A DNA stretch of 64,000 bases, taken from contig CAMYJD010000001.1 of NCBI GenBank assembly GCA_947258655.1, positions 17,242-81,241 of the forward strand, given 5' to 3'. Source of the stretch: an uncultured Gammaproteobacteria bacterium. Its GTDB lineage: Bacteria; Pseudomonadota; Gammaproteobacteria; JAADHQ01. Positions 1-10,505 of this stretch are shown here, piece after piece. A program made the translations under genes and the position numbers. The notes below the pieces were generated by a model. That model did not search any database. It worked only from the letters and a program-made list of their open reading frames with translations, and was not told the DNA's origin. The stretch's first letter is position 1. Each line of letters opens with the position of its first letter.

Positions 1-884
1 CGCACTACACGCCTGGCTATATACAGCGGATCACAACCACCATCGAGCATACGCGCCAGCCAGTACAGGGCCGCATCCACTGCGGAGCCCCTGACCGCCT
101 TATGCAACGCCGAGATCTGTTCATAGAAGGCGTCACCACCCTTGTCGAATCGTCTGACACCACCACTGACCACATCCTTCAGGACCGCCAGCGAAATGCT
201 GCCCTGAGCTTCTCCGGACTCGCTGATATCGGCCGCTATTTCAAGCATATTCAGCGCGTAACGCGCATCACCATCAGCAACCTGTGCCAGTAGTTGCAGC
301 GCATCATCTTCTATTTGTATTTTTCGACTGCCCAGTCCGCGCTGTTGATCTGTCAGTGCACGGCGGATCAGTTCGATAATACTTTCCTGATCGAGGCTCT
401 TGAGGACATAGACACGTACGCGGGATAGCAACGCATTATTCAATTCAAATGATGGGTTTTCCGTGGTTGCACCGATAAAAGTGATCGTACCGTCTTCGAC
501 ATGCGGTAAAAATGCATCCTGCTGGGCTTTGTTGAATCGATGTACCTCATCAACGAACAGGATACTGGCGCGATCATACTGCTGACGATTTAAGCGTGCT
601 TTTTCGATGGCCTGCCTGATATCCTTGACTCCGGATAATACAGCAGAAAGGCTGGTAAAATCGGCGTTTGCATAACGCGCAATCATGCGTGCCAGTGTGG
701 TTTTACCGGTGCCGGGTGGCCCCCAGAACAACATTGAATGCAAATGTCCCAGCTCCAGGGCCTGTCGCAGTGTCTTCGCCTGGTCAAGCAGATGCTTTTG
801 CCCGACGAGTTCATCAAGAATCTGCGGGCGCATACGGTCAGCCAGTGGGCGGTAATCCTGTTGCTTGTCTTCCCCGGCATTCAC
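1..884 (-). CDS. rarA: Replication-associated recombination protein A (RarA/MgsA), AAA+ ATPase. Partial: the C-terminus runs off the window start. Not in the ORF track because no stop lies inside the window.
   Basis: Reverse-strand translation gives '...[63 protein letters not shown]' with a Walker A motif. Likely GTG start at 882-884, directly downstream of lolA, as in the E. coli ftsK-lolA-rarA order. Confidence 0.85.
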   Translation of the reverse strand, partial: MNAGEDKQQDYRPLADRMRPQILDELVGQKHLLDQAKTLRQALELGHLHSMLFWGPPGTGKTTLARMIARYANADFTSLSAVLSGVKDIRQAIEKARLNRQQYDRASILFVDEVHRFNKAQQDAFLPHVEDGTITFIGATTENPSFELNNALLSRVRVYVLKSLDQESIIELIRRALTDQQRGLGSRKIQIEDDALQLLAQVADGDARYALNMLEIAADISESGEAQGSISLAVLKDVVSGGVRRFDKGGDAFYEQISALHKAVRGSAVDAALYWLARMLDGGCDPLYIARRVV

Positions 885-896
885 GGTTTTTGATTC

Positions 897-1517
897 TTAT
901 AACTGGTCACCACCGATCACGTCGGTACCCGGCGGTATGATAAATTTAAACCTTGATGCATCTATATCTGCGTTGGTTTTCTGCGACTTAAAATGAATCC
1001 GGGTGCGCTGGCCGAGGTTGTCCTTGAGTTCAAGCATTATCAGGACATCATCCAAAAAAGCCACCGAGATTTCCGCAAAATCAGAATCTTCCTGCTTGGG
1101 TACAAGGCTCACCCAATGATACTTGTCACCACGATCGACTTCGCTGAGTTTGAAATCGCGAGATAATGGGTACTTTCCACTCAGCACCAGCGCCGGCGCA
1201 TTACCGATTGCGCGGGATTCCTGTTTAATAGTAACCTGGTCGAGTTCGGGATCATAAATCCAGATGCGCTCACCGTCGGCGACTATCACCTGGGGATAGG
1301 GATCATTATATTCCCAGCGAAACAGTCCCGGTCTCTTGATCCACACCTTGCCACTGGATTCCTGCACCGTGTGGTCACTGGTATCTTTCAATACCTGATA
1401 AAAATCAGCCTCGATTGAGGTTACGCCATTGTGAAAACGGTTAAGTTGATCCATACCACTCGCAGCATGTACTACAGCATGCAACAGGTACAACGAAAAC
1501 AAAAAAAATGCGCGCAT
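897..1517 (-). CDS. lolA: Outer-membrane lipoprotein carrier protein LolA
   Basis: 206 aa with an N-terminal signal peptide and a LolA-like sequence. It sits between ftsK and rarA, matching E. coli synteny. Confidence 0.9.
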   Translation of the reverse strand: MRAFFLFSLYLLHAVVHAASGMDQLNRFHNGVTSIEADFYQVLKDTSDHTVQESSGKVWIKRPGLFRWEYNDPYPQVIVADGERIWIYDPELDQVTIKQESRAIGNAPALVLSGKYPLSRDFKLSEVDRGDKYHWVSLVPKQEDSDFAEISVAFLDDVLIMLELKDNLGQRTRIHFKSQKTNADIDASRFKFIIPPGTDVIGGDQL

Positions 1518-1546
1518 AATAAATTCCTTAAATTGGGTGCTGGCTC

Positions 1547-3859
1547 TCAGTCCTTGATTGGAGGCGGGGCTATAACCTCGCGACTGCCATTGGACTGCAT
1601 ACTGCTGACGATGCCTGCCGCCTCCATGGCCTCGATCATGCGTGCTGCGCGGTTATAACCTATTTTCAGTCGGCGCTGCACAGAAGATATTGAGGCCCGG
1701 CGGGTTTCGGTTACGATCTTCACGGCTTCATCATATAAAGGATCAGACTCATCATCGGCCTCGGAAGTTTCACCCGGTAATAAGACAGGCACACCACCCT
1801 GCTCCTCATCGATGATATCATCCAGATAATCAGGCTCGCCGAGTTCTTTTAATTGGCCTACAACAGCGTGTACTTCATGATCTTCGACAAAAGCGCCATG
1901 CACACGTGTAGGCATGCCACTGCCCGGACTCAGATACAACATGTCACCATGCCCCAGCAGTTGCTCTGCTCCACCCTGATCGAGGATAGTCCTGGAATCC
2001 ACTTTTGAGGAAACCTGGAAGGCAATACGTGTTGGTATATTTGCCTTAATCAGGCCTGTTATGACATTAACTGAGGGTCGTTGGGTCGCCACAATCAGAT
2101 GGATCCCGGCCGCACGTGCCTTTTGCGCGAGTCGCGCAATCAACTCCTCACACTTCTTGCCGACGATCATCATCATATCGGCGAATTCATCGATGACAAC
2201 GACAATCTGAGGCAAATGATTCAGTGTGGGTGGTGGTTCATCCGGATCGAAGGCCTCTTCAGGTTTATACAACGGGTCCTGAATCGGCTCGCCCTTGTCT
2301 ATCGCTTCCTTGACCTTACGGTTATAGCCGGCCAGATTTCGTACCCCGAGTGTCGCCATCAGTCGATAGCGTCTCTCCATTTCACCGACACACCAGCGCA
2401 ATGCATTGGCCGAGTCCTTCATATCGGTAATCACCGGGGTCAACAGATGCGGTATGCCTTCATAGACCGATAACTCCAGCATTTTTGGATCGATCATGAT
2501 CAGACGCACATCATTTGGTGTGGATTTGTATAACAGACTCAGGATCATCGCATTCACGGCAACCGATTTACCCGACCCGGTCGTTCCGGCGACCAGCAAG
2601 TGCGGCATCTTGGCCAGATCAACAACGATCGGACTGCCACTGATGTCTTTACCCAATGCCAGGGTAACGTTTGAATTGGAACTGTCATACTGCTGGGAGC
2701 GGAGAATCTCGCTCAGATAAACGATCTCGCGATATTCGTTCGGAATCTCGAGACCGATAGTGGATTTACCGGGTATGACCTCGACAACACGCAGACTGAC
2801 AACGGACATCGCGCGCGCCAGGTCCTTGGCAAGATTACTGATCTGACTGACCTTGACGCCGGCTGCCGGTTGCACTTCGAAACGCGTGATCACCGGTCCC
2901 GGATGAACGGATTCGACAACCACCTCAATGCCAAAGTCGCGCAGCTTCAACTCCAGTAATTGCGACATCGCCTCGAGGGCATCCTTGGAAAAGCCCTTGG
3001 TTGACGGCACAGGATCATCTAGGAGTGACAGTGCTGGCAATTCCGTGTTCGGTGCCGGCTCAAACAGCGGCACCTGCTTTTCCTTTTCAATACGCGGGCT
3101 CGGTGCCAATTCTTTGATTACCGGCTCGATCTTGACCGGCTTGCGCTGTTCCTGCTTGACCTTTTCAACCTCGACGACTTCCACGCGATCCTTACGTGCC
3201 TTGCGTAATTCACGCTTTTCGCGGAAATAACCCGCCAGTCCACGTACCCAGTCAAACGCATTCATTGCCAGCATGCCCAACTGATCCATTAATTTTAACC
3301 ATGACAAGCCGGTGAACAGGGTAATACCAGTCAGGAATAGGGCCAGTAACAGCAATGTCGATCCCATCGAGCCAAAGGCCTGCAACAGTGCCAGCGCAAC
3401 CGTCGAGCCGAGGATCCCGCCGGCCGTTTGCTCGGGTAACATACCTGGTTGGATCAGGAAATGTATCGAGGCCAGTGCGGTACCGCTGATCAGGGTCAAC
3501 AGGAAACCACTGAAGCGAATTGAGAATATGCGTCCGTCAAATTCGCCACTGATCTTGCGCTCGCGGTAGATCAGCACACCGGAATAGATAATCATGACCG
3601 GCACCAGATAGGCCAAATAGCCAAACAGCAATAACAAAACATCGGCAAACCAGGCGCCAACCACACCGCCGGCATTACTGACATCAGTTCGACTGATCGT
3701 GTTGGTCCAGCCCGGATCAGCGGTATTGTAGCTGGACAGGACAATGAAGAAATAGATGCCGATCGCACCAAACACGAACAGTGCTGCCTCACGCAAACCG
3801 CGCGCAACATGTGTACCCAGTGGTTTTGAATCAGATTTCTTTTTTCGTGCTTGCGCCAA
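1547..3859 (-). CDS. ftsK: DNA translocase FtsK
   Basis: 770 aa. N-terminal transmembrane segments, a Pro/Glu-rich linker, then a C-terminal motor with Walker A 'GTTGSGKS' and the gamma domain. Confidence 0.95.
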   Translation of the reverse strand: MAQARKKKSDSKPLGTHVARGLREAALFVFGAIGIYFFIVLSSYNTADPGWTNTISRTDVSNAGGVVGAWFADVLLLLFGYLAYLVPVMIIYSGVLIYRERKISGEFDGRIFSIRFSGFLLTLISGTALASIHFLIQPGMLPEQTAGGILGSTVALALLQAFGSMGSTLLLLALFLTGITLFTGLSWLKLMDQLGMLAMNAFDWVRGLAGYFREKRELRKARKDRVEVVEVEKVKQEQRKPVKIEPVIKELAPSPRIEKEKQVPLFEPAPNTELPALSLLDDPVPSTKGFSKDALEAMSQLLELKLRDFGIEVVVESVHPGPVITRFEVQPAAGVKVSQISNLAKDLARAMSVVSLRVVEVIPGKSTIGLEIPNEYREIVYLSEILRSQQYDSSNSNVTLALGKDISGSPIVVDLAKMPHLLVAGTTGSGKSVAVNAMILSLLYKSTPNDVRLIMIDPKMLELSVYEGIPHLLTPVITDMKDSANALRWCVGEMERRYRLMATLGVRNLAGYNRKVKEAIDKGEPIQDPLYKPEEAFDPDEPPPTLNHLPQIVVVIDEFADMMMIVGKKCEELIARLAQKARAAGIHLIVATQRPSVNVITGLIKANIPTRIAFQVSSKVDSRTILDQGGAEQLLGHGDMLYLSPGSGMPTRVHGAFVEDHEVHAVVGQLKELGEPDYLDDIIDEEQGGVPVLLPGETSEADDESDPLYDEAVKIVTETRRASISSVQRRLKIGYNRAARMIEAMEAAGIVSSMQSNGSREVIAPPPIKD

Positions 3860-3920
3860 GTTTACACCTTTTACTGTAAGAATATCCTATAAGCTTTTAA
3901 TTATTATAAAATTAATTGCA

Positions 3921-4985
3921 TTAAGCAAGTGCTTCTTTGAGGGCGGGATGGATGAGCCGCCCGGCCTCAATATTGATGCCTTTCAGCAATTCATCATACT
4001 GCTTCCAGTCCCCGGACGTCAGTTGTAGCGCATACGGCAGGATCGCCGCGGACAGGGCCTGAGACGCACTCCTCGGTACAGCGCCGGGCATATTGGTCAC
4101 CCCGAAGTGTATCACGTCCTCATCTACATACGTGGGCTGCTGATAGTCTGTTGGTCTGATCGTTTCTACACACCCGCCCTGATCCACCGAAATGTCGATA
4201 ATAACACTTCTTTTTTTCATGTTTTTAACCATAGGCCTGCTGACGATATGCGGGGTTTTGGCCCCCGGGATAAGCACGGCGCCCACCAGCAGATCGGCCG
4301 TCGATAATGCATCCTCGATTGCGTCTTGATAAGGATACAGGGCAGTGACATTAGCACCAATGCCTCGCGCCAGCGACAACTTATCCCGCTTGCGATCAAA
4401 CACCGTGACTTGCGCCCCTATGGCAGCCAACATGCGGGCAGCATTACTGCCTGCCACACCCCCGCCGAGCACGACAACCTGGCCGCGCTCTGCTGCAGGC
4501 AGGCCTCCCAGTAATATGCCGCGCCCTCCCGCTGGTTGATGCAACAGGTGCGCACCCACCTGTGCAGCCACCCTGCCGGCGATATCACTCATCGGTGCCA
4601 GTAATGGCAACTGCCCATGTGACGCGACCGTCTCGAAGGCAATGGCAGTCAGGCCTATTGCCTGTAGTTGCGTTGCCAGTTCCGGATTGGCAGCCAGATG
4701 CAGAAAACAGAACAATAGATGCCGACGCTCCAGCATCTGCAACTCCGGCCCCTGAGGTTCCTTTACCTTGATAATCAGTTCCGCCTGCGCATAGACATCA
4801 GCAGCCGTGGTAACTATTCTGACACCCAGGTCTTCGTATTGTTGGTCTGTATAGCCGCTCAACAGACCGGCACCCTGCTCAAGCACCACATCGTGACCGC
4901 CACGCACAAGATCGGCACAGGCTTGCGGGACCAGACCCACCCGGCCTTCAAGGGTTTTGGTTTCTTTTGGAATTCCTATTTTCAT
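3921..4985 (-). CDS. ald: Alanine dehydrogenase
   Basis: 354 aa. '[20 protein letters not shown]...' with a Rossmann motif '[14 protein letters not shown]', typical of the AlaDH/PNT family. Confidence 0.85.
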   Translation of the reverse strand: MKIGIPKETKTLEGRVGLVPQACADLVRGGHDVVLEQGAGLLSGYTDQQYEDLGVRIVTTAADVYAQAELIIKVKEPQGPELQMLERRHLLFCFLHLAANPELATQLQAIGLTAIAFETVASHGQLPLLAPMSDIAGRVAAQVGAHLLHQPAGGRGILLGGLPAAERGQVVVLGGGVAGSNAARMLAAIGAQVTVFDRKRDKLSLARGIGANVTALYPYQDAIEDALSTADLLVGAVLIPGAKTPHIVSRPMVKNMKKRSVIIDISVDQGGCVETIRPTDYQQPTYVDEDVIHFGVTNMPGAVPRSASQALSAAILPYALQLTSGDWKQYDELLKGINIEAGRLIHPALKEALA

Positions 4986-5128
4986 AGCGCAAAATAATCC
5001 AATATGGGTTAAAATCTCGTTTTTTCCCTGGACGTTAAACCCGCCCGGGGAATCGACGAATTCTGTTAGCTGAACCTTATTGGGCCCTAATAGTCCAATT
5101 CGGGATAAACGAAATATTCAACTATTAA

Positions 5129-6118
<990 letters not shown>

Positions 6119-6131
6119 TCCTGGCCAGGAT

Positions 6132-6191
6132 TTCGTGCCTTTGCGTCTTCGGTTAGCGCTTGAAATCACCACGAAGACACGAAGGCACGAA
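6132..6191 (+). terminator. Long imperfect stem-loop downstream of trxB. Arms are about 20 nt with 2 mismatches around a loop of about 20 nt. Could be a terminator or another structured RNA element.
   Basis: 'ttcgtgcctttgcgtcttcg' (6132-6151) pairs with 'cgaagacacgaaggcacgaa' (6172-6191), followed by an AT-rich tract. Confidence 0.4.
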
Positions 6192-6342
6192 GATTTAATA
6201 TATTTCACAAGCGGTGAATACAATCAGGCTGGACCCATTAATTTGATTGTGACAATCCAGTTAATCTGCGCATTACTGCATGACTCTCATTTGATTAACT
6301 CCCAGCTTAACATTACCTACACTCATCCTTATTAGTGTCAAC

Positions 6343-7482
6343 ATGGACATCAGGCAACATCACAGTATTCTTGATATACCCCGCGAAGACTGGAAGCGTA
6401 TACTGAACAATCATTATCCGTTCATGCAACATGAATTTTTGGCTGCATTGGAGCAAAATAAATGCACTGGTGAACAATTTGGTTGGCTCGCGCGACATAT
6501 TGCCGCCTACGAGGATGGCAAACTGATCGGGGCGATACCCATATATGAAAAGGATAACTCTTACGGTGAATTTGTTTTCGACTGGTCCTGGGCCGATGCC
6601 TATCAACGTCATGGTCTTCCCTATTATCCTAAATGGGTCATTGCCGCACCTTATACACCAGCGAGCGGACCGAGAATCCTGGTCGATCCTGAGTATGACT
6701 GGCAAAACGTCTGTACACACATGCTTGAAGGTTTGCAGGAACTTCAGGCTGTAGACAATATCTCATCCATTCACTTTCTGTTTACAACAGACAGGGAAAC
6801 CCGCTTTCTTGAAAACCAGGGATATATGACTCGCCTCGGCTGCCAGTTTCACTGGCACAATCAGGGCTACAGGGATTTTACCGATTTTCTTGATACCTTC
6901 ACGGCCAAAAAGCGTAAGAACGTCAAGCAGGAACGAAAATACGCAGCTACGGCCGCGGTAGATATAGAGATCATCCGCGGCTGTGATGCCAGCGATGAAC
7001 AGTTGCTCGCTGCCGAACTATTTTATCGCAAGACATTCGATGAAAAATGGGGCACAGCCACGTTGAACCTGGGTTTCTTCACACAGATCGCTGCATCGAT
7101 GGGCGAACAACTATTACTGATTATGGCACGACGCAATGGCCAATATATCGCCGGAGCAATTTGTTTCAAAGATGAACGAACCTTGTACGGCCGACACTGG
7201 GGTTGTATAGAGGATCATGCCCACCTGCATTTCGAATTGTGTTTCTACCAGGGTATCGAATACTGCATACAACATGGTCTGCAGGTATTTGAGCCGGGTG
7301 CACAAGGAGAACACAAGATCAGTCGCGGATTTCTGCCGACGCCGACATGGTCAGCCCACTGGATAACAAACCCACAGTTCAGTCGTGCTATCCAACACTT
7401 TCTGCAACAGGAAACAGAGGGGATGCAGGATTATATCCGCACCATGCAAGAACGTAGTCCCTACAAAAATAATGTCCGCTAA
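6343..7482 (+). CDS. FemAB-like / DUF482 GNAT-fold acyltransferase family protein
   Basis: 379 aa, 'MDIRQHHSILDIPREDWKRILNNHYPFMQHEFLAALE...'. Matches the about 380-aa DUF482 (BioF2-like acetyltransferase) architecture. Family call from memory. Confidence 0.65.
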   Translation: MDIRQHHSILDIPREDWKRILNNHYPFMQHEFLAALEQNKCTGEQFGWLARHIAAYEDGKLIGAIPIYEKDNSYGEFVFDWSWADAYQRHGLPYYPKWVIAAPYTPASGPRILVDPEYDWQNVCTHMLEGLQELQAVDNISSIHFLFTTDRETRFLENQGYMTRLGCQFHWHNQGYRDFTDFLDTFTAKKRKNVKQERKYAATAAVDIEIIRGCDASDEQLLAAELFYRKTFDEKWGTATLNLGFFTQIAASMGEQLLLIMARRNGQYIAGAICFKDERTLYGRHWGCIEDHAHLHFELCFYQGIEYCIQHGLQVFEPGAQGEHKISRGFLPTPTWSAHWITNPQFSRAIQHFLQQETEGMQDYIRTMQERSPYKNNVR

Positions 7483-7621
7483 CAATATGAAATATATGCA
7501 GTATCAAAATATTGACTCATACTGATATTTTCTTCTATTGATCCAGATCAATATATCGACTCGACTTTTTCCTATACTCAAGAACCCGTATCTAATGGTA
7601 TTACGTAATGGGGGAAATACT

Positions 7622-7726
7622 ATGCATATCGATGACAAGATAATGGCCTCCAATCTAGCCAAGACCATCATGGTCCTTATTGGTTTTATGTTCGCCATCA
7701 TCGTTCTGGCCAATTTGCTGGTATAA
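7622..7726 (+). CDS. Candidate small hydrophobic membrane peptide of 34 aa
   Basis: ATG 8 nt after a 'GGGGG' Shine-Dalgarno-like run. Product 'MHIDDKIMASNLAKTIMVLIGFMFAIIVLANLLV' has a single predicted transmembrane helix. Lies in an otherwise empty 522-bp spacer. Confidence 0.35.
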   Translation: MHIDDKIMASNLAKTIMVLIGFMFAIIVLANLLV

Positions 7727-8005
7727 TTATTTCAATCTTCAAATAACAATTTCAAGGATATGCAGGTAAATCATGGCATATCGGAATCTACAGGACGAAT
7801 AGATGTATGTATGATGCTGATGCCCTTTTTACCTGACTGTAATGTGATGGCCACATTGAATGATCAATGCCGCTGGTACAGGGAATGACCGGTCATTTTC
7901 AGCTATTATAATTAGCCATGAATTCCATAATCATGTCCACAACTATATCATGCACCCGACACCATCTGTGCGGGTCACGATGTTTACAAACCACTATGTA
8001 AACCA

Positions 8006-8734
8006 ATGCCCGCACCATTCTGGATAGAACATGACAGCCCGGATTACAGCTTCCCTGATGTCTGCCTTTCCCTGACTGACCCTGACGGTTTGCTTGCCAT
8101 CGGTGGCGACCTTTCTCAGGCGCGCCTGCTCAGTGCCTATCAGTCCGGCATATTCCCATGGTATTCAGAGGGCCAACCCATTCTGTGGTGGTCTCCTGAT
8201 CCGCGCTTTGTACTTTTTCCTCAGCATCTGAAAATATCACGCAGTCTGCGCAAGACCATTCGCAAACAGCAATTTGCAATCAGCATCAATAAGGATTTTG
8301 ATTCGGTGATACAGGCTTGCTCACGCACTATCAGACCGGGCCAGAGCGGTACCTGGATTACCGATGATATGTATCATGCCTACATCAAACTCCATGATGC
8401 AGGATATGCGCATTCAGTTGAGGCATGGCACGGGCAGCAACTTGTCGGTGGACTGTATGGCGTTGCCATAGGACGTGTTTTCTTCGGTGAGTCGATGTTC
8501 AGCCATCAGACTGATGCATCAAAGGTGGCATTTGCATGCTTCGTTAAACATATCCATAAGCTGGGTTTTCAACTCATTGACTGTCAGGTCTATACCAGTC
8601 ATCTGCAAAGCCTTGGGGCCGAACCTATTTCACGACTCAAATTTACGCAGATATTGCATAAGTACTGTAATAATTTCGAGCAGATACTAAAACAACCGGC
8701 CGATATCGATTGCGATATCGAGTTGTCGACATAG
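8006..8734 (+). CDS. aat: Leucyl/phenylalanyl-tRNA--protein transferase
   Basis: 242 aa, 'GGDLSQARLLSAYQSGIFPWYSEGQPILWWSPDPR...' closely matches E. coli Aat. Confidence 0.9.
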   Translation: MPAPFWIEHDSPDYSFPDVCLSLTDPDGLLAIGGDLSQARLLSAYQSGIFPWYSEGQPILWWSPDPRFVLFPQHLKISRSLRKTIRKQQFAISINKDFDSVIQACSRTIRPGQSGTWITDDMYHAYIKLHDAGYAHSVEAWHGQQLVGGLYGVAIGRVFFGESMFSHQTDASKVAFACFVKHIHKLGFQLIDCQVYTSHLQSLGAEPISRLKFTQILHKYCNNFEQILKQPADIDCDIELST

Positions 8735-8889
8735 TCCTGTAACCTGTTCATCAAACATTGGCGCAAACATAATTTGTCAGGCAAGCTCAGGAGTTCATTG
8801 CCTGATGCACACTATTTGCTTCCGCAGGAATTCTGGCGCAAAATAGCACTGATTGCGGTTAATTTTGATCCAAGCAAATTCCACTATCG

Positions 8890-9633
8890 ATGACAAAGCA
8901 AGATTCGCACTCAGACAAACTCGATGATTCCAATCGGGTACGACTGTCTTTTTTTTCGACACCTGCCCACGATTGCAGCTATCTTGAAGACCGTCAGGCG
9001 ATTACGCTGTTCGCGGACCCGCATGCCGAACTGGATAATCATATTTACTCCACACTGTCACAATATGGCTTTCGCCGCAGTGGCAAACATATCTACCGTC
9101 CTTCATGCCCGACCTGCAGTGCCTGCATCCCGGTCAGGGTGGCCGCCAATGATTTTGCACCCAGACGCAACCAGAAACGTATATGGAAGGCCAATCAGGA
9201 TATCGAGGTTGATATGCTCGGTGCTGAATTCAAGGAGGAGCAACATGCTTTGTACTGCAAGTATATCCAGGCTCGTCATCCCGACGGCGGTATGAATGAT
9301 CCAGACCCTGAAAAATATATGGAATTTTTGACCAGCGAATGGAGCATTACCCGGTTTATAGAATTCCGATTAAACAGACAGCTAATCGCCGTGGCCATCC
9401 TCGATCAACTCGAAGACGGTTTTTCCGCGGTATATACATTTTTTGATCCTGATCTGCCGAAACGCAGCCTCGGCACGCTGGGAATTCTGTGGAGTATTGA
9501 ATTTACCCGAAAACTGGAGCTGGAGTGGCTATATCTTGGTTATCTGATCAGGGAATGTCGCAAAATGAGCTATAAATCCCAGTTTCAACCTTTACAGGGC
9601 TTTATCCAGGGGCATTGGGATTATATTAAATAA
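8890..9633 (+). CDS. bpt: Arginyl-tRNA--protein transferase (bacterial Bpt/ATE family)
   Basis: 247 aa, 'FFSTPAHDCSYLEDRQA...YGFRRSG...YRPSCPTCSACIPVRV'. Sits downstream of aat, the classic N-end-rule pair. Confidence 0.88.
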   Translation: MTKQDSHSDKLDDSNRVRLSFFSTPAHDCSYLEDRQAITLFADPHAELDNHIYSTLSQYGFRRSGKHIYRPSCPTCSACIPVRVAANDFAPRRNQKRIWKANQDIEVDMLGAEFKEEQHALYCKYIQARHPDGGMNDPDPEKYMEFLTSEWSITRFIEFRLNRQLIAVAILDQLEDGFSAVYTFFDPDLPKRSLGTLGILWSIEFTRKLELEWLYLGYLIRECRKMSYKSQFQPLQGFIQGHWDYIK

Positions 9634-9800
9634 TTGTTTTTACTATTCTTTACACAATCCACAATCCCCGTAATACCTCCCGCCACGATATTAAAGAAAG
9701 TGTCATGATCAACCGTTAACGTAGATAAGACTATGCTAGTACGTAATTTACGCCGGTCACCTGATAATTAAGGTTACCTGCCAGCGACAAGGAGCGCACT

Positions 9801-10037
9801 ATGTTGAGCTTCATCTACAATCTGGTTAGCAACTTCGAATCATCCCACGGCATTCGCCCTAACCTTCTCTATCTAAACGAGGATCATTTACACCATTTAA
9901 GTGATGAATTCTCGGAAGAGTATGACCTGTTCCAGATCATGAATATGCTGCAGATGGAATTCATTATCGATAATGAAACTATGCACCCACATGTGGCATG
10001 GACAAGAATAATGAATACAAAAACAGCCATGTGCTAG
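9801..10037 (+). CDS. Hypothetical acidic protein of 78 aa
   Basis: ATG preceded by 'AAGGAG' at -12 to -7. I recognise no family. It occupies the aat/bpt-infA spacer, which is empty in E. coli. Confidence 0.45.
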   Translation: MLSFIYNLVSNFESSHGIRPNLLYLNEDHLHHLSDEFSEEYDLFQIMNMLQMEFIIDNETMHPHVAWTRIMNTKTAMC

Positions 10038-10271
10038 TTCGATCCAGCATATACCATCAGAATTGCGGAGCAAATTATTCCTGCAGACCTGTAAAAGGCC
10101 GCTGACACTATGAATTTAAATGGCCCGCACACTCGCCCAAATCAGCCTGGTAGTATCCTGTAGCCCGACTGCTTTAGAATCCAGACAGAAATATGCCCGT
10201 TAGTTACTACATTTCGCTGGCGGATTAGCGTACAATACGCCGCTGTGTTAAACGATGTAGGTAGCGTCTGA

Positions 10272-10490
10272 ATGGCCAAAGAAGATAGTATAGAAATGCA
10301 GGGAACCGTGGTTGAGACCCTGCCTAATACAACATTTCGCGTAGAACTGGAAAACGGTCATATTGTGACTGCCCATATCTCGGGGAAAATGCGTAAGAAT
10401 TACATCCGTATTCTGACAGGCGATACGGTCACCGTGCAACTGACGCCGTATGATTTAAGCAAGGGCAGGATTGTCTACCGCGCACGCTAG
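10272..10490 (+). CDS. infA: Translation initiation factor IF-1
   Basis: 72 aa, '[51 protein letters not shown]', near-identical to canonical IF-1. Confidence 0.97.
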   Translation: MAKEDSIEMQGTVVETLPNTTFRVELENGHIVTAHISGKMRKNYIRILTGDTVTVQLTPYDLSKGRIVYRAR

Positions 10491-10505
10491 GCTGGCTGTA
10501 AGCGC

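Noticed and set aside
2081-3569. Several 70-130-aa plus-strand ORFs inside ftsK
   Set aside because: Antisense to a 770-aa conserved gene. Typical of GC-biased shadow frames.
3860-3920. Possible LexA box upstream of ftsK, as in the E. coli dinH promoter
   Set aside because: No CTGT-N8-ACAG match is present in the spacer.
10030-10050. tRNA T-loop-like string 'tagttcgatcc'
   Set aside because: No complementary T-stem, acceptor stem or D-arm is present. I found no tRNA cloverleaf anywhere in the window.
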